Shown here one piece after another: positions 35,584 to 44,931 of a stretch of 64,000 bases of DNA. Origin of the DNA: an uncultured Verrucomicrobiales bacterium (GTDB lineage Bacteria > Verrucomicrobiota > Verrucomicrobiia > JADLBR01 > JAIBCM01); contig CAYSZK010000001.1 in NCBI GenBank assembly GCA_964435495.1, positions 66,832 to 130,831 on the forward strand. The letters run 5' to 3'. How positions within the stretch are numbered: position 1 is the first letter of the stretch; each line of letters starts with the position of its first letter. Under the pieces are notes generated by a model, which had not been told where the DNA came from, did not search any database, and worked only from the letters and a program-made list of their open reading frames with translations. The position numbers were made by a program, and so were the translations under genes.

Positions 35584-36489
35584 TCAACTGGCGCGCTTTG
35601 GGCGGAGGTCGGCGAGTTGGACGGCGTCGGCGTAGTAGGAGGAGCGGACGAGGGGGCCGGAGGCGACGTAGCGGAAGCCGATGGCGCGGGCGCGTCCGGC
35701 CCAGGCGTCGAATTCGGCGGGGGTCACCCAATGGCGGACGGGGAGATGCTTGTCGGAGGGGCGGAGGTACTGGCCTAGGGTGAGGATATCGCAGCCGGCG
35801 GCGCGGATGTCGTGGAGGGCGGCGTCGATCTCGGCATCGGATTCGCCCAGGCCGAGCATGAGGCCGGATTTCGTGACGATATCGGGCGGGCTGTGCTTGC
35901 GGGCATGGCGAAGAACGCCGAGAGATCGGGCGTAGGTGGCGCGGGCGCGGACGGCGGGGGTGAGCCGTTCGACGGTTTCGACGTTGTGGCTGAAGATGTC
36001 GGCGCGGGCGCCCAAAACGGTGTCCAAGTCGGGCGTGCGCCCGTTGAAGTCGCTGGTGAGGACCTCGAGGATGACGCCGGGTTTGGCGTGGCGGACGGCG
36101 CGGACGGTTTGGGCGACGTGGGCGGCGGCGCCGTCGGGGAGATCGTCGCGGGCGACCATGGTGATGACGGCGTGGCGGAGGCCGAGCTCGAGGACGGCGT
36201 TGGCGACGCGGGCGGGTTCGCCGGGGTCGAGGGGGAGGGGTTTGGCGGTGGAAACGGCGCAGAAGCCGCAGTTGCGGGTGCAATGATCGCCGCCGATCAT
36301 GAACGTTGCGGTGGAGCGGCTCCAGCATTCCCAGCGGTTGGGGCAGTGGGCGCTTTCGCAGACCGTGTGGAGCCGGGAGTTGGCGACGAGGCGCGAGGTT
36401 TGCTCGAAGCGCGGGTCGGTGGGAAGGCGGACGCGGAACCAAGCGGGCTTGGGCTGGCGGGTTTGTGAGGGGTCCGCGGCGAGGGGCAT
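35584..36489 (-). CDS. lipA: Lipoyl synthase
   Basis: CESAHCPNRWEC, CTRNCGFC and GPLVRSSY. Confidence 0.97.
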   Translation of the reverse strand: MPLAADPSQTRQPKPAWFRVRLPTDPRFEQTSRLVANSRLHTVCESAHCPNRWECWSRSTATFMIGGDHCTRNCGFCAVSTAKPLPLDPGEPARVANAVLELGLRHAVITMVARDDLPDGAAAHVAQTVRAVRHAKPGVILEVLTSDFNGRTPDLDTVLGARADIFSHNVETVERLTPAVRARATYARSLGVLRHARKHSPPDIVTKSGLMLGLGESDAEIDAALHDIRAAGCDILTLGQYLRPSDKHLPVRHWVTPAEFDAWAGRARAIGFRYVASGPLVRSSYYADAVQLADLRPKRAS

Positions 36490-36515
36490 GGGCGGGGGAG
36501 GGGATGGGGATGGGG

Positions 36516-37064
36516 TCAGGGGGCGATGCCGAGTTTGGCTTTGCCTTCGGGGGAGATTCTTGCGGGCGACCACGGTGGGTCCCAGACGACGGCGACATCG
36601 GCTTCGGCGACGGCGGGGAGGGCGCAAATTTTGCGTTGGGCATCGGCGGCGATGGCGGGGCCCATGCCGCAGCCCTGGGCGGTGAGCGTCATTTTGACTT
36701 CGACACGGTGGCGGCCATCGGGGAGGGGATGGGTATCCATGGCGTAGATGAGGCCGAGATCGACGATATTGACGGGGATTTCGGGATCGTAACAGGTGCG
36801 GAGCTGTTGCCAGACGAGCTCGGGGGAAAACTCGGCGGATGGCGCGTGGGCGGACTCCGGCTGGGGTGTGAGGCCGAGGGCATCGGCGTCGGCGGCGTGG
36901 ATGCGGAAAAGGCCGCGGGAGGATGCGACGGTGAAGGCGCCGCCGAGCGACTGGGTGATGTGGACCTCGGTGCCGGCGTCGAGGTGGACGGGGGTTCCGG
37001 CGGGGATTTGGACGGCGTCGCAGCCGCGGGCGAGCTTGACGGGGCCTGAAGGCGGTTCATTCAT
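36516..37064 (-). CDS. sufT: Fe-S cluster assembly protein SufT (long PaaD/DUF59 type)
   Basis: CYDPEIPVNIVDLGL, MTLTAQGCGMG and VWDPPW. Confidence 0.88.
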   Translation of the reverse strand: MNEPPSGPVKLARGCDAVQIPAGTPVHLDAGTEVHITQSLGGAFTVASSRGLFRIHAADADALGLTPQPESAHAPSAEFSPELVWQQLRTCYDPEIPVNIVDLGLIYAMDTHPLPDGRHRVEVKMTLTAQGCGMGPAIAADAQRKICALPAVAEADVAVVWDPPWSPARISPEGKAKLGIAP

Positions 37065-37115
37065 GGGGGAGCAACTTATGGAACAAGGCTGGCGGCGCAA
37101 CCCGGGAGATGTGGG

Positions 37116-37631
37116 ATGAGCGAGGAATGGTTTGACGTGGTGGACGGGGAGGACCGGGTGATTGGGCGGGCGCCGCGCGGGGAGGTGCATGCGAAGGGAC
37201 TGCGGCACCGGGCTGTGCATGTGCTGGTGTATGACGCCTTGGGGCGGTTGTTCCTGCAGAAACGTTCGATGGCCAAGGACACGCATCCGGGGTGCTGGGA
37301 TTCCTCGGCGAGCGGGCATGTGGACGCTGGGGAGGCGTATGAAGCCGCGGCGGTTCGGGAGCTGCGCGAGGAACTTGGGATGAAAAGGGATGAGGGGGAT
37401 TTGGTGGAGGTGGACCGGATTGCGGCGGGGCCTGGGACCGACCAGGAGTTTGTGCGGGTGTACGCGTGCGGGAGCGGGGGGCCGTTCCGGCTTCATGCCG
37501 GGGAGATTGAGGAGGGGCGTTTCTGGGGTTGGGACGAGATACGCGCCGCGGTGGAGAGCGAGCCGGGGCGGTTTGCGACGGCGTTTCGGACAATTTTTGG
37601 CAGGCTCAGGCCGGGCGGGGCGGCGGGTTGA
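37116..37631 (+). CDS. NUDIX hydrolase (Idi/YfcD-like)
   Basis: LRHRAVHV, WDSSASGHVDAGE and AAVRELREELG. Confidence 0.88.
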   Translation: MSEEWFDVVDGEDRVIGRAPRGEVHAKGLRHRAVHVLVYDALGRLFLQKRSMAKDTHPGCWDSSASGHVDAGEAYEAAAVRELREELGMKRDEGDLVEVDRIAAGPGTDQEFVRVYACGSGGPFRLHAGEIEEGRFWGWDEIRAAVESEPGRFATAFRTIFGRLRPGGAAG

Positions 37632-39123
37632 CGGGGGCGGAGTCGCGGGCGGGGGCGGCGGGGGCCGGGGCGAGAAAATCGCGGAGGGCATCGGCGAGCG
37701 AATCGCGGAACAGGCCGGCGTGGCGTTCGACGACGCGGGGGTTGTTGTCGCCGGGGAAGGGGGCGAGTTCGAGGGCGCCGACGCGGACTTTTCGCACGAG
37801 AATGGGGAAAGTGAAGGCGAGATCGTTGTCGGCGGGGCCGGACTCGTGTTCGAGGGCGGGGAGATCGAAGGGGGGTTCGGGTCGGAATCGGGCGCGGGAG
37901 AAGCCGCCTTTGCGGAGGGCGACGCAGAACTCCGTCCAGAAGGCAAGCGGATCGGGGTGGAGGCGGGCTTCGAAGCGGAGAAGGCGGCATATCTCGACAA
38001 TATAAGAGGTACGGGAGCGGTGGCGTAGGGCTTCGGTGAGCTGGAAAAAGACGCGGCCGTCGCGGACGTAGCCGAGGCGCCAGACGGCGAGAACGGCGAG
38101 CGTGAAAACCACGCCGAGGGCGAGGATGAGGCCCTTGCCTTCGCGGACGAAGAGCAGGAAACCGAGGAGGCAGCAGATGACGCACGCGGCGTAGAGGCCG
38201 AGGACGACGCGGCGCGGGGAGAGGCCGAGGTCGAGGAGCCGGTGGTGGATGTGTTCGCGGTCGGCGCGGAAGATGGGGAGGCCGCGGATGGCGCGGCGGA
38301 CGATGGCGAGGGTTGTATCGAGGATGGGGATGCCGAGGGCGGCGATGGGGACGAGGACGGCCGCAGCGATGGTGGACTTGTGTTCGGCGGCGAGGCCCAT
38401 CTGGCCGATGAGAAAGCCAAGGAAATAGGCGCCGCCGTCCCCGAGGAAAATCCGGGCGGGCGGAAAATTGAAGAGCAGGAAGGCGAGGAGGGCGCCGATC
38501 ATCAGCGCGCAGAGAACGAGGAGGACACCGCCGCCGGAGAATCCAACGGCGGCGGCGAGGACGGCGAAGACGAAGAGGCTGATGCCGGCCGCAAGGCCGT
38601 CGATGCCGTCGATAAGATTGACGAGGTTGGTGGTGGCGAGCAGCCAGAGAAAGGCGACGGGGATCGCGGCGGTGGCGAGATCGAACTGGATGGTCGCGAA
38701 GCCGACGCTGAGCTCGCTGGGTTTGAATCCGAAGATGGCGACGACGCCGCAGATGGCGATTTGGAAGAGCAGTTTGAGGCGGGCGCCGAGCGGGTGAAGA
38801 TCGTCGGCAAAACCGAGGGCGAACATGGCGAGGCAGCCCAGAAGCATCCAACCCCATTCCTTGAGCAGCGCTTCGCCGCGGACGGTGTCGCCGAGAAAAA
38901 GCGTGACGAGAACGCCCGCGACAAGGAAGGGGACGATGAGGCAGATGCCGCCGGTCCGGGCGATGGGAACGGAATGGACTTTGCGGCTGGGATCGACGGG
39001 ATCGTGCCCGCCGAACCGGGCGGCGGCCCAGAACGCGGCGGGAACCAACCCGAGCGCGATCAGGAATCCGCCGATCCCCGCGGCGAGGGTCCACGCGTAG
39101 ATGACCTTGGAGGATTCAAGCAT
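37606..39123 (-). CDS. wecA: WecA/MraY-family polyprenyl-phosphate sugar-1-phosphate transferase with C-terminal extension
   Basis: GFADD, TNLVNLIDGIDGLA, FNFPPARIFLGDGG and ADREHIHHRL. Confidence 0.9.
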   Translation of the reverse strand: MLESSKVIYAWTLAAGIGGFLIALGLVPAAFWAAARFGGHDPVDPSRKVHSVPIARTGGICLIVPFLVAGVLVTLFLGDTVRGEALLKEWGWMLLGCLAMFALGFADDLHPLGARLKLLFQIAICGVVAIFGFKPSELSVGFATIQFDLATAAIPVAFLWLLATTNLVNLIDGIDGLAAGISLFVFAVLAAAVGFSGGGVLLVLCALMIGALLAFLLFNFPPARIFLGDGGAYFLGFLIGQMGLAAEHKSTIAAAVLVPIAALGIPILDTTLAIVRRAIRGLPIFRADREHIHHRLLDLGLSPRRVVLGLYAACVICCLLGFLLFVREGKGLILALGVVFTLAVLAVWRLGYVRDGRVFFQLTEALRHRSRTSYIVEICRLLRFEARLHPDPLAFWTEFCVALRKGGFSRARFRPEPPFDLPALEHESGPADNDLAFTFPILVRKVRVGALELAPFPGDNNPRVVERHAGLFRDSLADALRDFLAPAPAAPARDSAPVNPPPRPA

Positions 39124-39183
39124 CGCGGGGCCCGGCCGGAGGGCCTGGGCGGCGAGGGGAAGCGCCGTGAGCGTATCCACGGG

Positions 39184-40233
39184 TCAGCGTCCGGCGGTGA
39201 AGGCCTTGTGAATCTCGGTGAAGATGTCGTCGAGGGACTTGGTGATGTCCCAGCCCGGGTAATGGGCGCGCATCTTGGAGAGATCGCTGATGTAACAGAT
39301 GTGGTCGCCTTCGCGGTTCTTGTCCACATACTCAAAGGCCATTTTGCGGCCGCTCGCGAGTTCGGCGCGGGAGAAGGCTTCGAGGATGGAGCAGGAGTTG
39401 GCGCGGCCGCCGCCGATGTTATAGACCTCGCCGGAGCGGGGTTTTTCGAGGAAGCGATGGATGAACCTGGCGACGTCCAGGGAGTGGATGTTGTCGCGGA
39501 CCTGTTTGCCCTTGTAGCCGAAGACGCGGTAGGTGCGCCCCTCGATGTTGCACTTGACGAGGTAGGAGAGGAAGCCGTGGAGCTCGACGCCGCTGTGGTT
39601 TGGGCCGGTGAGGCAGCCGCCGCGGAGGCAGCAGGTGTTCATGCCGAAATAGCGGCCATACTCCTGGACCATGATGTCGGCGGCGGCCTTGGAGGCGCCG
39701 AAGAGGCTGTGCTTGCTTTGGTCGATGGAAAAGGATTCGGCGATGCCGCCGGCGAAGGCCGGGTCATCGTACTCCCAGCGGGTTTCCAGTTCCTTGAGTT
39801 GAATCCGGTTGGGGGCGTCGCCGTAAACCTTGTTGGTGCTCATGTGGACGAAAGAGGCGGCGGGGGCGTGGCGCCGGGCGGCCTCCAGCAGGTTGAGCGT
39901 GCCCACGGCGTTGACGTCGAAATCGTCAAAGGGCCGGGAGGCTGCGAGGTCGTGGGAGGGTTGCGCGGCGGTGTGGACGATGGCATCGGGGCGGAGCTCC
40001 TCGATGCAGCGCAGGACGGACGCGCGGTCGCGGATGTCGAGTTCGTGGTGTTGGAAACCGGGGTGCGAGGCAAGGAGGCGCGTCTGGTTCCACCGGGTGT
40101 CGCCGCCGGGGCCGAAAAAGTCGGCGCGCTGGTTGTTGTCGATGCCGTGGACCGTCCAGCCGAGGCGGCAGAAATAATCCACGACCTCCGAGCCGATAAG
40201 GCCCGAGGAGCCGGTGACGAGAAGCGTGCTCAT
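39184..40233 (-). CDS. NAD-dependent sugar epimerase (CDP-paratose 2-epimerase-like)
   Basis: [21 protein letters not shown] and [16 protein letters not shown]. Confidence 0.9.
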   Translation of the reverse strand: MSTLLVTGSSGLIGSEVVDYFCRLGWTVHGIDNNQRADFFGPGGDTRWNQTRLLASHPGFQHHELDIRDRASVLRCIEELRPDAIVHTAAQPSHDLAASRPFDDFDVNAVGTLNLLEAARRHAPAASFVHMSTNKVYGDAPNRIQLKELETRWEYDDPAFAGGIAESFSIDQSKHSLFGASKAAADIMVQEYGRYFGMNTCCLRGGCLTGPNHSGVELHGFLSYLVKCNIEGRTYRVFGYKGKQVRDNIHSLDVARFIHRFLEKPRSGEVYNIGGGRANSCSILEAFSRAELASGRKMAFEYVDKNREGDHICYISDLSKMRAHYPGWDITKSLDDIFTEIHKAFTAGR

Positions 40234-40292
40234 GCGGGGAATGGGATGCCGGGAATGGGCGCGGGAATCCAGTTCTTTTTCGGGGGCGCCGG

Positions 40293-40478
40293 TCACGGCG
40301 GCGGAATCGCGAGGGAGCGGCAAATCTTCCGGGCCAGCAGGTCGGGGATTTCGGAATGGGTTGGGACCGGTTCGCGCCGGCCGATGCGCAGATTCCAGAT
40401 GATCGAGTGGATGCCACCGTTGCGTTTGAGGGGGCAGCCGTGGGGCTCCAAGTGCCGGACCAAGTCGCGGCGCTTCAC
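40293..40478 (-). CDS. hicA: HicA-family toxin
   Basis: [13 protein letters not shown]...GGIHS...VPTHSEI..LARKIC; GTGA overlap with hicB. Confidence 0.85.
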   Translation of the reverse strand: MKRRDLVRHLEPHGCPLKRNGGIHSIIWNLRIGRREPVPTHSEIPDLLARKICRSLAIPPP

Positions 40479-40684
40479 GAAAGCTCGACCATCGCTGGTT
40501 CGGACGCCGCGCTTCTGCGGGCATCTTCCCTGCGGTCTTCCATTAGCAGGAGAACAGCTTCGCGCAGGCTCTGGAGGCATTCCTCGCGGGTCCTGCCCTG
40601 GCCGTTGGCCTCAGGAACCTTGGGGCAGAATGCCACGAACCAGTCCCCCGACTTGTGAATCCCGGCAGTGAGCGGAATATCCAT
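40475..40684 (-). CDS. hicB: Short HicB-family antitoxin
   Basis: [29 protein letters not shown]; no DNA-binding C-terminal domain. Confidence 0.88.
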   Translation of the reverse strand: MDIPLTAGIHKSGDWFVAFCPKVPEANGQGRTREECLQSLREAVLLLMEDRREDARRSAASEPAMVELS

Positions 40685-40773
40685 CGACCGGGAAATCTAC
40701 CGCCGCTTCGCGAAGCCCGCAAGGATTCCGCGGCGCGCTTTCGCGGGCGCGCGGGTGCGCCGCTTGGGCGGAA

Positions 40774-41553
40774 TCAAGGTTTCTTTGCGAAAGTCCAGTA
40801 GTAGATGAGGCCGTACCATTCGCGCACGGCGGCCTGGCTGTCGGCGAGGTGGGAGGCGTCGGGCATCCAATCCAGCGGTGTCGCCGCCATCCGGGCGTCG
40901 AGGGGGGCGCGGTAATCGGTGGGGAACGGAACAACGTCGAAGCCGGCTTGCTCGAAGATGTACCGGGCGCGGGCCATGTGCATGGCGCTGGTGACAAGGA
41001 TCACGCGCTGGACGCGGTGCTGGCGGTTGAGTTCGATCAAACGCTGCGCCTCCTCGGCGGTGTTGGCGCAGGGGCCGGTGACGGCGAGGGCGGCGCGCGG
41101 CACCCCGCGGCGCGCGGCTTCGGCGGCGAGCATGTCGCCTTCGGTGCCGTCCTGGGTGACCCAAGGAAGTTTGCCGCCTGTAAAGGCGAGGAGGGGCGCC
41201 TTGGCCGCCTGGTGCAGGGCGAGGCCGGCCTCGAACCGGTCCACGCCGCCGGACCATTCGATGCGGCTGGCGGAGCTGCGGGTGGCGTCGGCGATTCCGC
41301 CGAGGACGAGGATCCCGTCCGCGGCGGGGCAGGCATCGGCGGTGACTTGTTCGGCGCGGTTTTCGAGCGAACGGACCAGCCAGCGGGAGACCGAGGGTGT
41401 GCTGCACCCGTAGAGAACGGCGAGGGCGAGCATCGCCCAGAACCGGCTCCGGAACAGGAACGCCAGCGCGAGGCAGAAGAGGCCCAGGCCGAGGGGGAGC
41501 GCCACAAGCGGCAGAATCTTGTGAAGGAGGATGGGGATGTCGATGGTGGTCAC
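40774..41553 (-). CDS. YdcF/DUF218 family membrane protein
   Basis: Two N-terminal TM segments; ILVLGG, NTAEEA, LVTSAMHMARA and PFPTDY. Confidence 0.9.
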   Translation of the reverse strand: MTTIDIPILLHKILPLVALPLGLGLFCLALAFLFRSRFWAMLALAVLYGCSTPSVSRWLVRSLENRAEQVTADACPAADGILVLGGIADATRSSASRIEWSGGVDRFEAGLALHQAAKAPLLAFTGGKLPWVTQDGTEGDMLAAEAARRGVPRAALAVTGPCANTAEEAQRLIELNRQHRVQRVILVTSAMHMARARYIFEQAGFDVVPFPTDYRAPLDARMAATPLDWMPDASHLADSQAAVREWYGLIYYWTFAKKP

Positions 41554-41556
41554 GGG

Positions 41557-42633
41557 TCAAAGGGGGCCGCCCGCGGCGCGCGTGGGAAGCATGGCGCAGG
41601 GGCGCTGGAAACGATGCTGGAAGGCCGCGGCGATGTGGCTTTGGAAGGCGGCGGCGTGGGGTTCCTCGACAAGATTGAGTGTGGCGCCGCCGAAGCCGCC
41701 GCCGGAAAGCCGCGCGCCGAGGCAGCCGGGGGCGGTTCGGGCGGATTCGACGAGAAAATCGAGTTCGGGACAGGAATTCTCGAAGTTCACGCGCGAACTT
41801 TCATGGGACTCGAACATGAGCCGGCCGAGGGCGGCGTTGTCGCCGCGGGCGAGGGCGGCGCGGGCCTCGGCCACGCGGCGGTTTTCGCCGGTGATGTGGC
41901 GGGCGCGGCGGTGGTGAAGGCTGGAGAGCCGTGCGCGGGCGGCATCGAGGGCGGCGTCGGTGGCGTCGCGCAGGAACGGGACGCCGAGGGCGGCGGCGGC
42001 GGCTTCGCAGGAGGCGCGGCGCTCGTTGTATTCGCCGGTGACCAGCGCGTGGTATGCGCCGCTTTGGGCGAGGATGAACACGCAGCCTTTCGGGGCGGGA
42101 ATCAAATCGACTTCAAGCGAGCGGCAATCGATGGCCACGACGCGTTCGTCGCGACCGAAGAGGGAGGTGATCTGGTCCAGGAGCCCGCACTTCACGCCGG
42201 CGAATCCGTGTTCGGCGGCCTGGCCGATCTTCGCGAGGGTGATGTCGTCGAAGGCGGTGTTCCAAAGGCGCTGGAGGAACCGCGCGGCGGAGCATTCGAG
42301 GGCGGCACTGGAGCTGAGGCCGGCGCCGAGGGGCAGGTCGCTGGAGATGGACAGGTCGAAGCCCGGACCGGACGCGCCGCGGGCCTGGAACCCGTGGACG
42401 ACGCCGAGCACGTAGTTGGCCCATGGCTCCGCGGTCTGGGGCGCGATGCGGTCGAGGGCGGTCTCGCAGGTCCGGGCCAGGTTCTCCGAATTGAGAACCA
42501 CGCGATTGTCGGGGCGCGGGCCGCCGCGGACGGTGGTGCCGCGGTCCACGGCAAAGGCGAGGACGAAGCCTTCGTTGTAATCGGTGTGGTTGCCGAGCAG
42601 TTCGGCGCGGCCCGGGGCGCGGCATGCAATCAT
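41557..42633 (-). CDS. galK: Galactokinase
   Basis: APGRAELLGNHTDYNEG, GAGLSSSAA, CGLLDQ and GARLSGGGFGG. Confidence 0.95.
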   Translation of the reverse strand: MIACRAPGRAELLGNHTDYNEGFVLAFAVDRGTTVRGGPRPDNRVVLNSENLARTCETALDRIAPQTAEPWANYVLGVVHGFQARGASGPGFDLSISSDLPLGAGLSSSAALECSAARFLQRLWNTAFDDITLAKIGQAAEHGFAGVKCGLLDQITSLFGRDERVVAIDCRSLEVDLIPAPKGCVFILAQSGAYHALVTGEYNERRASCEAAAAALGVPFLRDATDAALDAARARLSSLHHRRARHITGENRRVAEARAALARGDNAALGRLMFESHESSRVNFENSCPELDFLVESARTAPGCLGARLSGGGFGGATLNLVEEPHAAAFQSHIAAAFQHRFQRPCAMLPTRAAGGPL

Positions 42634-42872
42634 GGGCGGAGAGGATGGGGGGAAGGGGCGGCGGATTTCAATCACGAAAGGCGTGCCATGAGTGAAAGCG
42701 CGCTTTGCCGGGACATGCGCGCTCGCTGGCACTGGGAACGCGGTGCGCGAACGCAATTTCTCCCCTGGCTGTTCTTTGCCAATCCGGTCTCGATCACCGG
42801 GGCGAGTCCCGGAATCGGCGCGGGCAAGATGGGCGTTGAACTTGGGCGGGATGGGGATACAAGGGGTGGCTG

Positions 42873-43655
42873 ATGAGATGCGGCGTGATTCTTGGATTGT
42901 GTGCGGCGGCGGCGGCCGGGGTGGCGGGACGGGCGCAACCGGTGGAGGCGCCCGCGGTGAAACAGACCACTCTGCAATGGTTCGGGCACGGGTTTTTCGT
43001 GGTGTCATCGGTGACGGGCGTGCGGGTTGCGATCGATCCGTTTGACCAGCGCCAGATTCCCGCGCCCGGCCCGGCGCGGGTGCCGGCGGACGTGTTGTTG
43101 GTGACGCATGAGGCCACCGACGCGAGCGTGACCGACCGGATTGACGGGAGCCCGCAGATTTACCGGGGATCAACGGGGGAAGGTTTGAACCGGGGCAGCG
43201 GAATGCTTTTCAAGGGATCACGGTCCTATCGGAGCCGGGACCGGAACGCGTCGTTGGGGCGAAACGTGATATATTCGTTCAAATTGGACGGGGTCCGCTT
43301 CGCGTTTTTGGGCAATCTCGGGCATCCGCTGAACACCGAGGAGGCGGCGGCGGTGGGAACCAGCGAGGTGGTGGTCGCGCCGGTGCCGCGGGAGGGGGGC
43401 ATGACGCGCGGGGACGTGTTGGCGACAGCGAAGGTGCTGGGCGCGCGCGTGCTGATTCCGGCGCGGTACAAGACCGCGTGGACGGAGAAGGCCGGGGATG
43501 TGGCGATGGGAACGCTGGACGGGTTGCTGGAGGGGCCGGAGAAGGTGGTGCGGCTGGACTCTGACATTGTGGTGTTGCAGGCGCGGGAGTTGCCGGAGCA
43601 ACTGGAGATATGGGTGCCGGCGGCGCCTGGGGGCGCGGCGGAGGTGTTGCCGTGA
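42873..43655 (+). CDS. Exported metallo-beta-lactamase-fold protein with degenerate metal site
   Basis: Signal peptide; WFGHGFF, IDPF, THEATDA, FLGNLGH and IPARY. Confidence 0.8.
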   Translation: MRCGVILGLCAAAAAGVAGRAQPVEAPAVKQTTLQWFGHGFFVVSSVTGVRVAIDPFDQRQIPAPGPARVPADVLLVTHEATDASVTDRIDGSPQIYRGSTGEGLNRGSGMLFKGSRSYRSRDRNASLGRNVIYSFKLDGVRFAFLGNLGHPLNTEEAAAVGTSEVVVAPVPREGGMTRGDVLATAKVLGARVLIPARYKTAWTEKAGDVAMGTLDGLLEGPEKVVRLDSDIVVLQARELPEQLEIWVPAAPGGAAEVLP

Positions 43656-44923
43656 AGGTGCTGGTGGTGGGGTCAGGCGGGCGCGAGCACGCGTTGTGCT
43701 GGAAGCTTGCCCAAAGCCCGCGGGTGAAGAGGATGTACTGCGCTCCCGGCAATCCGGGAACGGCAAAGCTGGGAACGAACGTGCCCATCAAGGCCGATGC
43801 GATTGGCGAACTGGCGGCTTTCGCGAAGCGGGAGGAGATTGGTTTGACGGTGGTTGGGCCGGAGGCGCCGTTGGTGGCGGGGATTGTGGACGAGTTCCGG
43901 CGGGAGGGGTTGCGAATTTTCGGGCCGGACCGCGCGTCGGCGCGTTTGGAGGGGAGCAAGGCGTTCGCGAAAGAGGTGCTGGTGCGCCACGGCATCCCAA
44001 CGGCGAGGGCGGGCGTGTTTCGGGAGAGCGGGGAGGCGCACGCGTTCAGCCAGAAACTGGGGTGCCCGCAGGTGGTCAAGGCGGATGGCCTGGCGGCGGG
44101 CAAAGGGGTGGTGGTGGCGGAGACTCCTGGGGCGGCGGCGGCGGCGATCCACAGCGCGCTGGAATTGGGGGCGTTTGGCGCCGCGGGCCGGTCGGTGGTG
44201 ATTGAAGAATTTCTTGATGGCGAAGAGGCTTCGGTGCACGTCTTGGTGGCAGGGCGGGAATATCGGCTGCTGCCGGGGTCGCAGGACCACAAGCGCGTGG
44301 GAGACGGCGACACGGGCCCGAACACGGGCGGGATGGGGGCGTATTCGCCGGCGCCGGTATTGTCGGAGGCGATGAGGGCGCGGGTGGAAGCCGAAATTTT
44401 GAAACCGCTGCTGGACGGGCTGGCGGCGGACGGCATGGAGTACCGGGGGATTTTGTACGTGGGGGTCATGGTGACGGCGGAGGGGCCGAAGGTCCTGGAG
44501 TTCAACTGCCGGTTTGGAGACCCGGAGACCCAGGTGATCCTGCCGCTGGTCAAAACGGACCTGGTGGATGCGATGGAGGCGGTGATAGACGGAAGGCTGG
44601 GGACGTGCGATTTGCGGCTAGGGGCCGGGCACGCGGTTTGCGTGGTCATGGCGGCGGGCGGGTATCCGGGGCCCTACGAAACCGGCACGGCGATCATGGG
44701 GATCGACGAGGCGGAAAGGCTGGAGAACGTGCGGGTTTTCCACGCGGGGACCGCGGAGGCGGGCGGGGGGCTGGTGACGGCGGGGGGGCGGGTGCTGGGG
44801 GTGACGGCGTTCGGGAGCAGCTTGCCCGAAACGTTGCGGCAGGTTTACGCGGCGGTGGAGCGGGTGCGGTTTGAAGGCGCAATTTTTCGGCGGGACATTG
44901 CGGCGCGGGCCTTGGCGCGCTAG
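43652..44923 (+). CDS. purD: Phosphoribosylamine-glycine ligase
   Basis: GSGGREHAL, KADGLAAGKGV, GPNTGGMGAYSP and EFNCRFGDPE. Confidence 0.97.
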   Translation: MKVLVVGSGGREHALCWKLAQSPRVKRMYCAPGNPGTAKLGTNVPIKADAIGELAAFAKREEIGLTVVGPEAPLVAGIVDEFRREGLRIFGPDRASARLEGSKAFAKEVLVRHGIPTARAGVFRESGEAHAFSQKLGCPQVVKADGLAAGKGVVVAETPGAAAAAIHSALELGAFGAAGRSVVIEEFLDGEEASVHVLVAGREYRLLPGSQDHKRVGDGDTGPNTGGMGAYSPAPVLSEAMRARVEAEILKPLLDGLAADGMEYRGILYVGVMVTAEGPKVLEFNCRFGDPETQVILPLVKTDLVDAMEAVIDGRLGTCDLRLGAGHAVCVVMAAGGYPGPYETGTAIMGIDEAERLENVRVFHAGTAEAGGGLVTAGGRVLGVTAFGSSLPETLRQVYAAVERVRFEGAIFRRDIAARALAR

Positions 44924-44931
44924 GATACCGG

